A stretch of 64,000 bases of DNA from the NCBI GenBank assembly GCA_963719165.1, contig CAVRAV010000001.1, positions 1,433,478-1,497,477 of the forward strand, in the 5' to 3' direction. The notes beneath the pieces are model-generated. The model was not told where the DNA came from. It did not search any database and worked only from the letters and a program-made list of their open reading frames with translations. The position numbers were made by a program, and so were the translations under genes. This stretch comes from an uncultured Actinomycetes bacterium (GTDB taxonomy: Bacteria > Actinomycetota > UBA4738 > HRBIN12). Positions 1 through 10,497 of this stretch are shown here, in pieces (the stretch's first letter is position 1; each line of letters begins with the position of its first letter).

Positions 1-884
1 CCGCTCGTCGGCCGCCGGAACGTAGGCACCGTGCATCAACGCGGCCAAGGCGGCCGCGCCCCCGGGCTCGGCGACCAACCGCAGCTCGCGCCAGAGGGCG
101 CGTTGGGCCTCGCGGATGGCCGCGTCTGGCACCAGGGCCACCCGCTCGACGTAGGCGCGCGCGGATCCGAAGGCGATCGTCCCCACGCGGCGGACGCCCA
201 GGGAGTCCGCGGCGATCGAGTCCACCGTCACATCCACGGGCGCGCCCGCCGCGAGCGCGGCGTCGAGGCACCGCGATCCCTCCGGTTCCACGGCGATCAC
301 GCGAACGTCGCCCCGAAGCCACGCCGCGATCCCACCCACGAGCGCGCCGCCGCCGCAGGCCACGATCACGGTGTCGGCGTCGGGCGCCTGCCGCGCGAGC
401 TCGATCCCGATCGTGCCCTGGCCGGCGACCACCTCCGGCTGGTCGAAGGGGTGCATCGCGAGGGCCCCGGTCTCCGCCTGGTGGGCACCCGCCGTCGCCG
501 AGGCGTCGTCGTAGTACCCCGGCACGACGTGCACCGCGGCGCCCAGCGCCCGGACCCGGTCGATCTTGGACGCAGGCGAGGTGGAGGGCACGAAGATCTC
601 GGCGGTGTATCCCAGACGCCGGCAGGCGTAGGCCACCGCCAGGCCGAAGTTCCCGCCGCTCGCTGCGACGACCCCGGCCGGCGGGACGTCGGAGGCCAGC
701 AGCTTGCTGAAGGCTCCTCGCGGCTTGAACGATCCCGTGTGCTGAAGCAGCTCGAGCTTGAGGGTCAGCGCCACGTCCATGCCGAACGCCCCGGCGCCGG
801 TCCGGATCACGGGCGTCGTGCGCACGTGCGGCGCGATACGTTCGCGCGCGGCCTCGATCGCGTCCCGCGACGGAACCACGCCGG
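1..884 (-). CDS. PLP-dependent threonine/serine dehydratase family protein, C-terminal end runs off the window
   Basis: Minus-strand translation gives MVGAGVVPSRDAIEAARERIAPHVRTTPV...HTGSFKPRGAFSKL...SGGNFG, a Trp-synthase-beta fold with the lysine-PLP motif SFKxRG. The ATG is the reverse complement of cat at 882-884. It is not in the supplied ORF track because it is truncated by the window edge. Confidence 0.6.
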
Positions 885-896
885 CGCCGACCATCG

Positions 897-1754
897 TTAC
901 CGTTCCCGCGCCGCACGGAAGAGGGCGCGCAACTCGGCCTCGGGCGCGGTCTCCACGTCGATGCCCCGTTCGGCCGCCATCTCCGTGAACCGTTCGTAAC
1001 GCACCGCGAACGTTCCCACGGTCCGTCGCAGGGCGCTCTCCGCATCGACGCCGCGCTTGCGCGCCACGGCCACCGCCGCGAACAAGACGTCGCCGAGCTC
1101 GGCCTCGGCTTCTTCGGCGCCCTGAGCACGCCCGAGCTCGTCGACTTCTTCGCGCAGCGCCTCCATGGCACCGTCCACGCTGCGCCACTCGAACCCCCAC
1201 CCAGCGGCGCGGCGCTGGACCTTGGCGGCGCGCGCGAGCGCCGGCAGGGTGGCCGGGATGTCGTCGTTCACGCCCTTGCGACCGCCCGACTCGGCCGCCT
1301 TGAGTTTCTCCCAGTTCACGAGGACCTCGTCGGCGTCCGCCACGTCGACGGTGCCGAACACGTGGGGGTGCCGGTAGACGAGCTTGTCGACGAGCCCGCG
1401 CGCCACGTCGTCGACGTCCCAGCGACCCTCGGAGGCCGCGATCTGCGCGTGGAAGACGACCTGCAGCAGGACGTCCCCGAGCTCGTCGCGGATGGCCTCG
1501 TCGTCCTCGGCCTCGACCGCTTCGATGAGCTCGTGCGTCTCCTCGAGGAGGTGCGGGGCGAGGGTCCTGTGGGTCTGCTCGGCGTCCCACGGGCAGCCGC
1601 CCGGCCCGCGCAAGCGGGCCATCACCCTCACCAGATCGAGCAGGCGCCGCCCCTCTTGAGACGAAGGGACCGGGCCCTCGCCGACCCGGGGCTCGGCGTT
1701 CGGGCCTCCGGCGGCCGGCGGCCTGTCGTCGGGGTGGCCGGACGCCTCGGTCAC
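897..1754 (-). CDS. mazG: nucleoside triphosphate pyrophosphohydrolase MazG
   Basis: Has the MARLRGPGGCPWDAEQTHRTL...EETHELIEAVE motif and a tandem MazG domain. The GTG start overlaps the upstream gene stop as GTGA. Confidence 0.85.
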   Translation of the reverse strand: MTEASGHPDDRPPAAGGPNAEPRVGEGPVPSSQEGRRLLDLVRVMARLRGPGGCPWDAEQTHRTLAPHLLEETHELIEAVEAEDDEAIRDELGDVLLQVVFHAQIAASEGRWDVDDVARGLVDKLVYRHPHVFGTVDVADADEVLVNWEKLKAAESGGRKGVNDDIPATLPALARAAKVQRRAAGWGFEWRSVDGAMEALREEVDELGRAQGAEEAEAELGDVLFAAVAVARKRGVDAESALRRTVGTFAVRYERFTEMAAERGIDVETAPEAELRALFRAARER

Positions 1755-2800
1755 GGCGTGGGACTGATGGCGGCGCTCGGGACGTCCGTCGCCGAGCCGG
1801 TGGCGCTCGGGTCCGTGCTCGTGACCGCGACCACCGTCAGGGTCGGGATGTCATAGCGACCGTACTTCGGGTTCACCTCGACGCCTTGGTCCTGCGCCTG
1901 CTTGGTGAGCCAGTCGTTGAAGATCTTGGAGGCCCCGCTTTGGACGAGCTGCGACTTGGCTTTGTCGAACGGCGTGACGGTCTTGTCGAGCAGCTTGATC
2001 ACGTGCCATCCGTACTGGGTCTTGACCGGCTTGGAGACCTCGCCGACCGCCAGAGCGGCGGCGGCCTGTCCGAACTCGGCCACATAGCCCGAGGCCGGGG
2101 ACGAGGGGAGCTTCCCCCCGTTCGTCTTGGCGCTCGGGTCGATGGACACGTCGTTGGCAAGGGCGGCGAAGTCGGCGTCGGTGAAGCCCGGCGCGGTGAC
2201 CTTCTTGTAGACGGCCTGCGCCTCCGCCTGGGTCTTCACGAGGATGTGCTCTACCTCGACGTTCGTGAAGTCGAGGATCTGCTGCTGATACAGGGCCCTC
2301 AGCTGCGCGTCGGTCGACCCGGCCTCGCCGAGCTTCTTCTGGACGTCCTGGAAGAGCAGGACCTCGCGTCCCAATTCGTTGAGGTCGTCGCGTGAGAGGC
2401 CGCTCGACTGGAGCTGCTGGTCCACCTTGTCCGCCCCCAACTGCTGGTCGAGGCTCGCGATGATGGCGGTGAGCGCCTGATCGGTCACGGTAACGTCGTT
2501 CTGGTCGGCGAACTCGCGCACGAAGGCGCCCTGGATCAGGTTGGAGAGCGCGAACCGGTTGCACGCCGCCTCGGCGGACTCCCCCGCCGTCGGCTGGCCG
2601 CATCCGCTCTGATTCAGCGCCCCGATGAAGGTGAACAGCTTCGCCTCGTGGGCCACCTGCTCGTCCGTGATCTGCGTGGATCCGGCGGTCGCGGCCGTCG
2701 TGCCGCTGACAGCCCCGTCGCCCTTGCTGCAGGCAGAGAAGAACAGGGCCGGCACGACGATCGCGGACACGACGATGAGGCGGTTCGTTCGGGGATGCAC
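1751..2800 (-). CDS. parvulin-type peptidyl-prolyl cis-trans isomerase lipoprotein (SurA/PrsA-like)
   Basis: Parvulin motif YGWHVIKL near the C-terminus. Lipoprotein signal MHPRTNRLIVVSAIVVPALFFSAC if the GTG at 2800 is the start. The longest ORF extends to a GTG at 2845. Confidence 0.7.
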   Translation of the reverse strand: MHPRTNRLIVVSAIVVPALFFSACSKGDGAVSGTTAATAGSTQITDEQVAHEAKLFTFIGALNQSGCGQPTAGESAEAACNRFALSNLIQGAFVREFADQNDVTVTDQALTAIIASLDQQLGADKVDQQLQSSGLSRDDLNELGREVLLFQDVQKKLGEAGSTDAQLRALYQQQILDFTNVEVEHILVKTQAEAQAVYKKVTAPGFTDADFAALANDVSIDPSAKTNGGKLPSSPASGYVAEFGQAAAALAVGEVSKPVKTQYGWHVIKLLDKTVTPFDKAKSQLVQSGASKIFNDWLTKQAQDQGVEVNPKYGRYDIPTLTVVAVTSTDPSATGSATDVPSAAISPTP

Positions 2801-2852
2801 GGCAACGAGTTTACGTGAAGCCCACGCCCGGGCCCCCACCGTCACAGAACCG

Positions 2853-5800
2853 TCACGAGACCGGTTCGTCGTCCCCCTTGACCGCTTCCAGTAGCCACCG
2901 CTCGACGAAGCGCACGAGGTCCGTGCCGAAGACGCGCTCCGGCACGAGGTTCAGCGTGTGCGTCTCCTCATGGTAGGTGGCCTTGAAGACGCGTTCCTCG
3001 AGGTCGAAGCGCAGCTCGGGCGGGATCGCCACCGGGCTCAGCCGGACCTGGTCGCGGTACGTCGCTACGTCCTCGATGCCCAGCGCGCGGGCCGTGACCC
3101 GCAGGGAGGCGATCGCGAACAAGGTCTCCACCTGTTGGGGAAGCGCGCCGTAGCGGTCCACGGTCTGCGCGCGGATCTCCTCGAGAGCCGCATGGTCGGC
3201 GGCGAGAGAGATACGGCGGTAGAGCTCCAGGCGCAGCGCCTCCTGAGCGACCCACCCCGGAGGGATGTATGCCTTCACCGGCAGGTCGATACGCAGTTCC
3301 TTGTCCTGGGGGATCTCCTCGCCCTTCATCTCCGCCATGGATTCCTGGAGGATCCGCGCGTACGCATCGAAGCCCACCGCCGCGATGTGACCGTGCTGCT
3401 CGGCGCCCAGGATGTTCCCCGCGCCGCGGATCTCCAGGTCCCGCAGCGCGATCTGGAACCCGCTGCCCAGCGCCTGATGCTTGCTGATCGTGGCGAGCCG
3501 TTCGCGGGCCTCGTCCGTCATCTCGCGCTGCGGTGGGAAGAAGAGGTAGGCGAAGGCCCGCTCCGTCGAGCGGCCCACGCGTCCCCGCAGCTGGTACATC
3601 TGCGCCAGTCCGAGCCGATGCGCGGAGTCGACGATGAGGGTGTTCGCGTTCGGCACGTCGAGGCCCGATTCGATGATGGTGGAACACACGAGGATGTCGG
3701 CGTCTCGGTCCCAGAACCGCATCATCTGGGCCTCGAGGACGTCTTCGTCCATCTTGCCGTGCGCCACGACCACCCGGACGCCGGGCAGCTGGTCCTGGAG
3801 CCAGGCAGCCTGGCGATCGATGGTGGCCACGCGGTTGTGCACCCAGAAGACCTGTCCCTCACGCAGGAGCTCGCGGCGGATCGCACCGAGCGCGAGCCCC
3901 TCGTCGTAGGCGCCCACGTAGGTGAGGACCGGTTGACGGTCCTCCGGCGGGGTATCGATCGTCGACATCTCCCGGATGCCCGTGAGGGCCATCTCGAGCG
4001 TGCGCGGGATCGGCGTGGCGGTCATGGTGAGCACGTCCACGCTCGCGCGGAATTGCTTCAGTCGTTCCTTGTGCCCGACCCCGAAGCGTTGCTCCTCATC
4101 CACGACCAGGAGCCCGAGGTCCTCGAACGCCATGTCCTTGCCGAGGAGCCGGTGGGTACCGATCACCACGTCCACCTTGCCCGCCACCACCTCGGCGACG
4201 ATCGCCTTCTGCTCGGTGGGGCTCACGAATCGGCTGAGCATCTTCACCGTCACCGGGAACGGGGCGAATCGCTCGCTGAAGGTGATGAAGTGCTGCTCGG
4301 CCAGGAGGGTGGTGGGGACCAGCACGGCGACCTGCTTGCCCTCCATCACGGCCTTGAACGCCGCTCGCAGCGCGATCTCTGTCTTGCCGAAACCCACGTC
4401 GCCGCAGATCAGCCGGTCCATGGGCCGCGGCCGTTCCATGTCGCGCTTGACCTCGTCGATGGCCGTGACCTGGTCCCCGGTCTCCTCGTGCGGGAAGGCG
4501 TCTTCGAGCTCCGCCTGCCAGGGGGTGTCGGGCCCGAACGCATGGCCGGGCACCGCCATGCGCACCGTGTAGAGGCGGACGAGCTCGCCGGCCATGTCCT
4601 TCACGGCCTTCTTGACCTTGGCCGTCGCGCGCGTCCAGTCCGAGCCTCCCATGCGATGCACGCGCGGGTGATCGCCGCCCACGTAGCGGGCCACCATCCC
4701 CACCTGGTCCGACGGCACGAACAGCCTGTCCCCCGCCGCGTATTCGAGGATCAGGTAGTCGCGCTCGGCGCCGGCGAGCTCCCTGTGGGTGATCCCCACG
4801 TAGGTGCCCACGCCGTGGATCCGGTGCACCGCGTAGTCGCCCGGCTCCAGCTCATCCGCGATCGACTCGGTCCGCCGGCTCGTGAAGCGCGGTGCCGTTC
4901 GGGTGTGGCGTCGCGAACCGAACAGGTCCTCCTCCGTGGCGACCGCGAGCCGCTCGGCCGGGAACACGAACCCTCGCGTCAGCGGGGCCTCCACCGTCTC
5001 AACCTTTGCGTCCGCGACGACCTCGCTCACCCTGGCGAGCGAGCCGTGGCCCCGAGCGGACAGCACGAGCCGGTACCCCTGCGCGGAGAGCTCCGTGAGG
5101 CGCGCGGCGAGCTCCTGCGGGTTCCCCTGTGCCGTTCCCCAGTGATCGAGGCCGAGGTCCACGCCCTCGGTGAACTCGGTCAGCCTGAGTTGCACGCGAT
5201 CGCCCAGCGCCTCCTCGAGGGGATGGAGGGCCCGCGCCGCAGGCCAGGCGATGGCGTCGGCGAGCGCCTCCCCTTCCTCGTGCGCTTGACGGGCCCGGTC
5301 CAGGGTCCGGTGTGCCTGTGTGACGACCGTCCACGCGCCGTCGGGGAGCAGCTCCGCGGGGGTCGGCAGATGGTCGAACAGGAACGGGGCGAGCGTCTCG
5401 GCCCCCTCAACGAAGAGGCCGTCGGCGAGGCGCTGGAGCTGGTCGGCGAAACGCTCGGCGTGCACGGACGCGGCTTCCCCCGCCCGCGCGCGAAGCGCAT
5501 CGTCCGGGATCAGCTCGCGCACGGGCGGGACATCGACCCGGGCGATCTTCTCGGTGGACAGCTGCGTCGAGGGGACGAACGCGCGCAGGGACTCGATCTC
5601 ATCACCCCAGTACTCCAGCCGAACGGGCCGGCGCGCCGTTCCCGGGAACACGTCCATAACGCCGCCGCGCACGGCGAACTCTCCCCGGTGTTCCACCACG
5701 TCGGCGCGCGCGTAGCCGAGGTCCACCAGCGTGCCGGCGAGGGCGTCCGGAGGCAGTTCGCGGCCAGCCTCGAGCACGAGCGACTCGACGGTGCCGAGCG

Positions 5801-6188
5801 TGGGGATGACACCCTGCATCGCCGCGAGCGCGGGCGCGACCAGGACGAACGCTCCCTCGGCCGCGCGCAGGCGCTCGAGCGCGCTCGCGCGGCGAGCGGC
5901 CACTTCGGGCGCGGGCGAGATGCCTTCGTACGGGAGAGCCTCCCAGGCGGGGAGATGCGCCACCGACGCCGGGCCGAGGTAAGCGACGAGGTCGGCCGCC
6001 AACGATTCCGCCTCATGGGGGCCGGGTGTCACCGCGAGGACCGGCGCCTCGAGCGCCACGGCAACGGCGGCCGTCACCAGATCCTCGGCGGCCTGGGCCC
6101 GGGCCACGACGGGGCGCGCCCGCTCGAGCAGCAAGCGCTCGAACGGCTCCGACGCAACCATGGCGTCGACGATCTCCCGCAGGCTCAC
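2853..6188 (-). CDS. mfd: transcription-repair coupling factor Mfd
   Basis: 1111 aa with UvrB-homology, RNAP-interacting, DEAD/DEAH helicase (GFGKTE, DEEQRFG) and TRG motifs. Confidence 0.95.
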   Translation of the reverse strand: MSLREIVDAMVASEPFERLLLERARPVVARAQAAEDLVTAAVAVALEAPVLAVTPGPHEAESLAADLVAYLGPASVAHLPAWEALPYEGISPAPEVAARRASALERLRAAEGAFVLVAPALAAMQGVIPTLGTVESLVLEAGRELPPDALAGTLVDLGYARADVVEHRGEFAVRGGVMDVFPGTARRPVRLEYWGDEIESLRAFVPSTQLSTEKIARVDVPPVRELIPDDALRARAGEAASVHAERFADQLQRLADGLFVEGAETLAPFLFDHLPTPAELLPDGAWTVVTQAHRTLDRARQAHEEGEALADAIAWPAARALHPLEEALGDRVQLRLTEFTEGVDLGLDHWGTAQGNPQELAARLTELSAQGYRLVLSARGHGSLARVSEVVADAKVETVEAPLTRGFVFPAERLAVATEEDLFGSRRHTRTAPRFTSRRTESIADELEPGDYAVHRIHGVGTYVGITHRELAGAERDYLILEYAAGDRLFVPSDQVGMVARYVGGDHPRVHRMGGSDWTRATAKVKKAVKDMAGELVRLYTVRMAVPGHAFGPDTPWQAELEDAFPHEETGDQVTAIDEVKRDMERPRPMDRLICGDVGFGKTEIALRAAFKAVMEGKQVAVLVPTTLLAEQHFITFSERFAPFPVTVKMLSRFVSPTEQKAIVAEVVAGKVDVVIGTHRLLGKDMAFEDLGLLVVDEEQRFGVGHKERLKQFRASVDVLTMTATPIPRTLEMALTGIREMSTIDTPPEDRQPVLTYVGAYDEGLALGAIRRELLREGQVFWVHNRVATIDRQAAWLQDQLPGVRVVVAHGKMDEDVLEAQMMRFWDRDADILVCSTIIESGLDVPNANTLIVDSAHRLGLAQMYQLRGRVGRSTERAFAYLFFPPQREMTDEARERLATISKHQALGSGFQIALRDLEIRGAGNILGAEQHGHIAAVGFDAYARILQESMAEMKGEEIPQDKELRIDLPVKAYIPPGWVAQEALRLELYRRISLAADHAALEEIRAQTVDRYGALPQQVETLFAIASLRVTARALGIEDVATYRDQVRLSPVAIPPELRFDLEERVFKATYHEETHTLNLVPERVFGTDLVRFVERWLLEAVKGDDEPVS

Positions 6189-6214
6189 CCGACCTCCCGA
6201 ACATGCACGAAGAG

Positions 6215-6235
6215 CCCCGCCGCGGTGCGGCGGGG
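6215..6235 (-). terminator. GC-rich hairpin (CCCCGCCGC ggtg GCGGCGGGG) between pth and mfd, a possible terminator or attenuator
   Basis: Perfect 9-bp inverted repeat with a 4-nt loop, read directly from the sequence. It has no clear U-tract, so function is uncertain. Confidence 0.2.
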
Positions 6236-6317
6236 CGAAATCACACCCATCCTACCGGCGACCGACCGGATGGGTGGCTCCGACGTTCGGCCCAGACCCT
6301 CGGTTCGTCGCTAGGTT

Positions 6318-6899
6318 TCAGGCGCCCGGCCCGGAGCCGTTGTATCGATCCTGGGTCGCCTCGAGGCCGTCGGCGATCAGGGAGCGAACGGCGTCGGCCG
6401 CGTGCTCGGCGAGGATCGCGAGGTCGGTCTGAAGGCGCTTGGGGGTTGGCTCCAGTACGAAATCCGCCGGGTCCTGGCGCCCGGGCGGTCGCCCGATCCC
6501 CACGCGCACCCGAGAGAAGTCACCCGTGCCGAGGGCCTGCTGCAGCGAACGCAGGCCGTTGTGACCGCCGTTGCCACCGCCCGCTTTCACACGCAGGGTG
6601 TCGGGCGGGATGTCGAGCTCGTCGTGCACGGCCACGATCTGCCCTGCGACGATCCCGTGCTTCTTGGCCAGGCTCGCGTAGGACGGGCCCGACTCGTTCA
6701 TGAACCGGGTCGAGCGCGCCAACAGGACCCGTTCGCCGGCCTCATGCGTCTCCGCGACCTCGACCGGCAGGAAGCGTGACTTGCGGAACCGGGCACCGTC
6801 GTCGCGCGCCAGCGCCGCGATCACCAGACGGCCGATGTTGTGGCGGGAGGTCGCGTACCGGTCGCCGGGGTTGCCGAGACCCGCGACGAGCCACGGCAT
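6318..6899 (-). CDS. pth: peptidyl-tRNA hydrolase
   Basis: Starts MPWLVAGLGNPG...SRHNIG...GGHNGL, typical of Pth. Confidence 0.95.
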   Translation of the reverse strand: MPWLVAGLGNPGDRYATSRHNIGRLVIAALARDDGARFRKSRFLPVEVAETHEAGERVLLARSTRFMNESGPSYASLAKKHGIVAGQIVAVHDELDIPPDTLRVKAGGGNGGHNGLRSLQQALGTGDFSRVRVGIGRPPGRQDPADFVLEPTPKRLQTDLAILAEHAADAVRSLIADGLEATQDRYNGSGPGA

Positions 6900-6902
6900 C
6901 GA

Positions 6903-7601
6903 TCAGGCCTCGTCCCCGCCCTCCTCGGGGGCGGGCGCCTCGTCGGCGCCCTCCTCCTCCGCGGCCTCGGGCTCTTCGCCCTCTTCCGCGGCGGGCACCG
7001 CCTCGACGCCCTCTTCGCCGGGAACGGAGAGGTCTGCCTCCACGCGCAGCACCGCGGGCGTGATGATCGACAGGACGGCGTCCTCCGGGCTCGTGACGAT
7101 CAGCACGCCATCGGGAGCCGCGAGGTCGCTCACGTGGACCATCCCGCCCAGCTCGATGTCGGTGACGTCCACCTCGATCTGATCGGGGACGTCCTGCGGG
7201 AAGCACTCCACGGTCACCTCGCGCAGGTGGTGCTCCACGACACCGCCCTCCTTCACGCCGGCGGCCTCGCCGGTCTCCACCACCGGCACGCTCGCCGTGA
7301 TGGTCTGGGTTCTGCTCACGGCAAGGAAGTCGATGTGCAGCAGGGTGTTGTGGACGTGGTCGCGCTGGATCTCCCGCGCCATGGCGAGATGGTCCTGCCC
7401 GTCGACGACGAGATCCACGAGCGCGTTCGAACCCGCGCCGCCGTGGAGGACGCGGAACATCTCGCGTGCGTCGACGGACAGCGCGACAGGGTCGACGCCC
7501 TGTCCGTAGAGCACGCCCGGGACCCGTCCGGCCGCGCGTAGCTTCCGCGCCACGCCCTTACCTGTGTCCTCACGTTTGTCTGCATGCAGCTTGGTTTCCA
7601 T
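6903..7601 (-). CDS. rplY: 50S ribosomal protein L25 / general stress protein Ctc
   Basis: Begins METKLHADKREDTGKGVARKLRAAGRVPGVLYG, the L25/Ctc N-domain, with an acidic C-terminal tail. Confidence 0.9.
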   Translation of the reverse strand: METKLHADKREDTGKGVARKLRAAGRVPGVLYGQGVDPVALSVDAREMFRVLHGGAGSNALVDLVVDGQDHLAMAREIQRDHVHNTLLHIDFLAVSRTQTITASVPVVETGEAAGVKEGGVVEHHLREVTVECFPQDVPDQIEVDVTDIELGGMVHVSDLAAPDGVLIVTSPEDAVLSIITPAVLRVEADLSVPGEEGVEAVPAAEEGEEPEAAEEEGADEAPAPEEGGDEA

Positions 7602-7693
7602 GGCGAACGGATCCTCGCGACGAAGGGGAACGCGCCGATTGTACGGAAAACCGGACCCATGCAGACCGGGATCGGGCCGGAGCCCCGATCGGC

Positions 7694-8674
7694 TCAGACC
7701 TGGTTGTGGCCGCCGAAGATCTCGCTAACGCTGGAGTCCTCGAAGACGGCTCGCAGGGCGCTCGCGATGAGCGGAGCGATGGACAGGACCCGCAGCTTGG
7801 CGAACGAACGCTCCTGCGGGATCGGCACCGTGTTCGTGACCACCACCTGCGAGATCGGGGCCTCCTCGAGGGCTTGGCGCGCCTTGCCGCTGAAGATCCC
7901 GTGCGTGGCGCCCACGAAGATGGGACCCGCTCCCTGGGCCGCCAGCGTCTGGGCGCCCTTGGCGACGGTCCCCGCCGTGTCGATCATGTCGTCGACGATC
8001 ACGCACGGACGACCCTCGACCTCGCCCACCACGGCCATCTCCTCGATCTTGTGCGCCTCCTTGCGCGAACGACGCTTATAGAGGAACGCGAGGTCGGCGT
8101 GCAGGTACTCGCGCAAGCGCTCGGCGGTCTTGATGCGGCCCGCGTCGGGGGCCACCACCACGAGATCGTCGCCGTGCAGGCCGACCTCGTCCTTCAGGTA
8201 GTGCGACAGGATCGGCAGCGCGGTCAGATGATCGAACGGGGCGTCGAAGAACCCCTGGATCTGGCCCGAGTGAAGGTCGACGCTCACGACCCGGTCGGCC
8301 CCGGCCGTGGTGAGGAGGTCGGCCACGAGCTTGGCGCTGATCGGCTCACGGGCCATCGCCTTCTTGTCCTGGCGCGAGTAGCCGTAGTAGGGGATCACCG
8401 CGCTGATCCGCTTGGCCGAGGCACGTTTCAGCGCGTCGATCATGATCAGCTGCTCCATGATGGCCTCGTTGAGCGGCTCATAGTGCGTCTGCACCACGAA
8501 GCAGTCCGCCCCACGCGCGCTCTCCTCGGCGCGGAAGTAGATCTCCCCGGAGGCGAATCGTCGCAGCTGGGCCTCGCTCACCGGGATGCCGAGGCAGTCG
8601 GCGATCTCGTGTCCTAGCGCGGGATGGATCGTGCCGGTGAACAGCATCATCCGCTTCTTCGTGATGATCTCCAC
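7694..8674 (-). CDS. prs: ribose-phosphate pyrophosphokinase
   Basis: Has the PRPP synthetase motifs (LFTGTIHPALGHEIADCLGI...; VDLHSGQIQGFF; DDMIDTAGT). Confidence 0.95.
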   Translation of the reverse strand: MEIITKKRMMLFTGTIHPALGHEIADCLGIPVSEAQLRRFASGEIYFRAEESARGADCFVVQTHYEPLNEAIMEQLIMIDALKRASAKRISAVIPYYGYSRQDKKAMAREPISAKLVADLLTTAGADRVVSVDLHSGQIQGFFDAPFDHLTALPILSHYLKDEVGLHGDDLVVVAPDAGRIKTAERLREYLHADLAFLYKRRSRKEAHKIEEMAVVGEVEGRPCVIVDDMIDTAGTVAKGAQTLAAQGAGPIFVGATHGIFSGKARQALEEAPISQVVVTNTVPIPQERSFAKLRVLSIAPLIASALRAVFEDSSVSEIFGGHNQV

Positions 8675-8683
8675 GGCGCTCTC

Positions 8684-10094
8684 CTAACCTCGCTCGGTCC
8701 GGGCGCGGTGCTCCGCGTCCTTGCGCTTGCGATACCCCTCGATCACCCGCTGCTCCCCGCGCTCGACCGCCAGGGCCCCCGGCGGCACGTCCTTCGAGAT
8801 CACGGACCCCGCCGCCGTGACGGCCTCGCGGCCCACGCGCACCGGCGCCACCAGGATGGTATCCGAACCCGTGCGGGCTCCGTCCTCGACGACCGTGCGG
8901 TGCTTGGCATAGCCGTCGTAGTTCGCGGTGATGTTTCCGGCCCCGATGTTCACACCGTCCCCGATGTCGGCGTCGCCCACGTACGACAGGTGCGGCACCT
9001 TCGATCCGCGGCCCACGCTCACGTTCTTCAGATCCACGAACGCCCCCACCTTGGCCTCGTCCGCTAAGACGACCCCGGGGCGCATGCGCACGAACGGTCC
9101 CACGGTCACGTCGCGACCCAGACGAGCACCCAGGAGCACGGCGAAGGTCACCTCGCTGCCGTCTCCCACCTCCGCGTCCACCAGCCGCGTCGACGGCCCG
9201 ATCGCGCAGCCGACCCCCACCCGCGTTCGGCCCTCGAGGAAGGACATCGGACGGATCACGGTGTCGGGTCCGATGGCCACGTCCACGTCGATGTACGTCG
9301 TGGCCGGGTCGATCAGCGTGACGCCGCCCGCGAGGTGCCCGGCGTTGATCCGACCGCGGACGACGCGCTCCACGGCGGCCAGCCCGGCGCGCGAGTTGAG
9401 CCCCATCGCGCCTCCCGTGTCCACCGGCACGACCGTGACCCTGAGGCCGTCGGCGAGCAGGAGCGGGATCACGCGATTCAGGTAGTACTCCCGCTGCCGG
9501 TTCTTGCGATCCAGCCGGGGAAGGGCACGGAAGAGCTCGGAGCGGCGAAACGCGAACAGCATGATCGAGACCTCGCGGATCGCCTGCACGTCCGGAGGCG
9601 CGTCCTCCTGCTCGACGATCTCGACCAGGCGGCGGCCCTCACGAACCACCCGGCCGTAGCCGCCCGGATCGTCCAACTCGGTGGCCGCGATGGTGGCGGC
9701 GACGCGCGAACGCCGATGCGAGGTGACGAGCGCCTTCACATCGTCCGCGGTCACCGGATCGAAGTCACCGCCCATCACGAGCACGTCGTCGACCCGGCCG
9801 ACCTTGGACCGGGCGACGCTGACGGCGTCGCCGGTGCCGAGCTGGCGGGGCTGCCGGACGAACACGGGGGCGGGCGAGAGCGTCCAGGAGCGCACCGCGG
9901 CCTCGACCTCGTCGGCGCCGTGGCCGACGACCACCACGACCTTCTTGGGTCGCGCCGCCATGCCGGCTTGCAACACGTGCCAGAGGGCGGGACGGCCGCA
10001 CACGGGTTGGAGGACCTTGGGTGTGGAGGACTTCAGGCGCTTGCCCCGGCCCGCGGCGAGTACCACGAGGGCCAGGGAGCGGGAGGACTTGGAC
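8684..10094 (-). CDS. glmU: bifunctional UDP-N-acetylglucosamine pyrophosphorylase / glucosamine-1-phosphate N-acetyltransferase GlmU
   Basis: LAAGRGKRLKS nucleotidyltransferase motif plus C-terminal left-handed beta-helix hexapeptide repeats. The longest ORF reaches 10267, but its first ~58 codons are low-complexity S/R/P. The GTG at 10094 (MLTEPTTSKSSRSLALVVLAAG) is the more plausible start. Confidence 0.88.
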
Positions 10095-10307
10095 GTCGTC
10101 GGCTCGGTCAACACGCTTCCCGGGTCGAGGGGTCCGTATCGTCCCACATCGACGAGGGGGCGGCGACCCACCGCACGGAAGGCGGAGAGCCTCGGCGGCG
10201 TCGCGGAGATGCTGGAGGAGCTTCGCCCCGCCGTGCGAGGAACGGACCACGCTGCCTTCGTGGACACGACGATCAGTCAGACGCGGCAGAAGCGCGTTCC
10301 AGCGTTG

Positions 10308-10378
10308 TTCCGGGGGGAGGGGTCGAACCTCCATCCCAGGCTCCAAAGGCCCGTGTCTTGCCGTTAGACCACCCCGGA
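10308..10378 (-). tRNA. tRNA-Gln (anticodon UUG)
   Basis: Manual cloverleaf fold: acceptor TCCGGGG/CCCCGGA, D-stem GTCT/AGAC, anticodon stem CGGGC/GCCTG, loop CTTTGGA (U33 then TTG), T-arm GGAGG-TTCGACC-CCTCC. CCA is not encoded. Confidence 0.75.
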
Positions 10379-10497
10379 TCGCCACACAGATTAGGCGCTC
10401 GGACGGCCCGAGCACGCGTGCGCGGCGGCGGGCCGAGGCATCCCTCCGCTCAACGGTCGCGCTGGGCACCACGCATCGACCCTGGCACGATGCGAGG

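Noticed and set aside
2958-6314. 1118-aa plus-strand ORF
   Set aside because: Antisense to mfd. R/G/H-rich low-complexity translation typical of open antisense frames in high-GC DNA. mfd on the minus strand is unambiguous.
10021-10497. 5' part of ORF 10021-11058 overlapping the tRNA-Gln
   Set aside because: Low-complexity R/G/P-rich translation on the strand opposite to the tRNA. The lipoprotein has a proper ATG with a signal peptide and lipobox at 10498.
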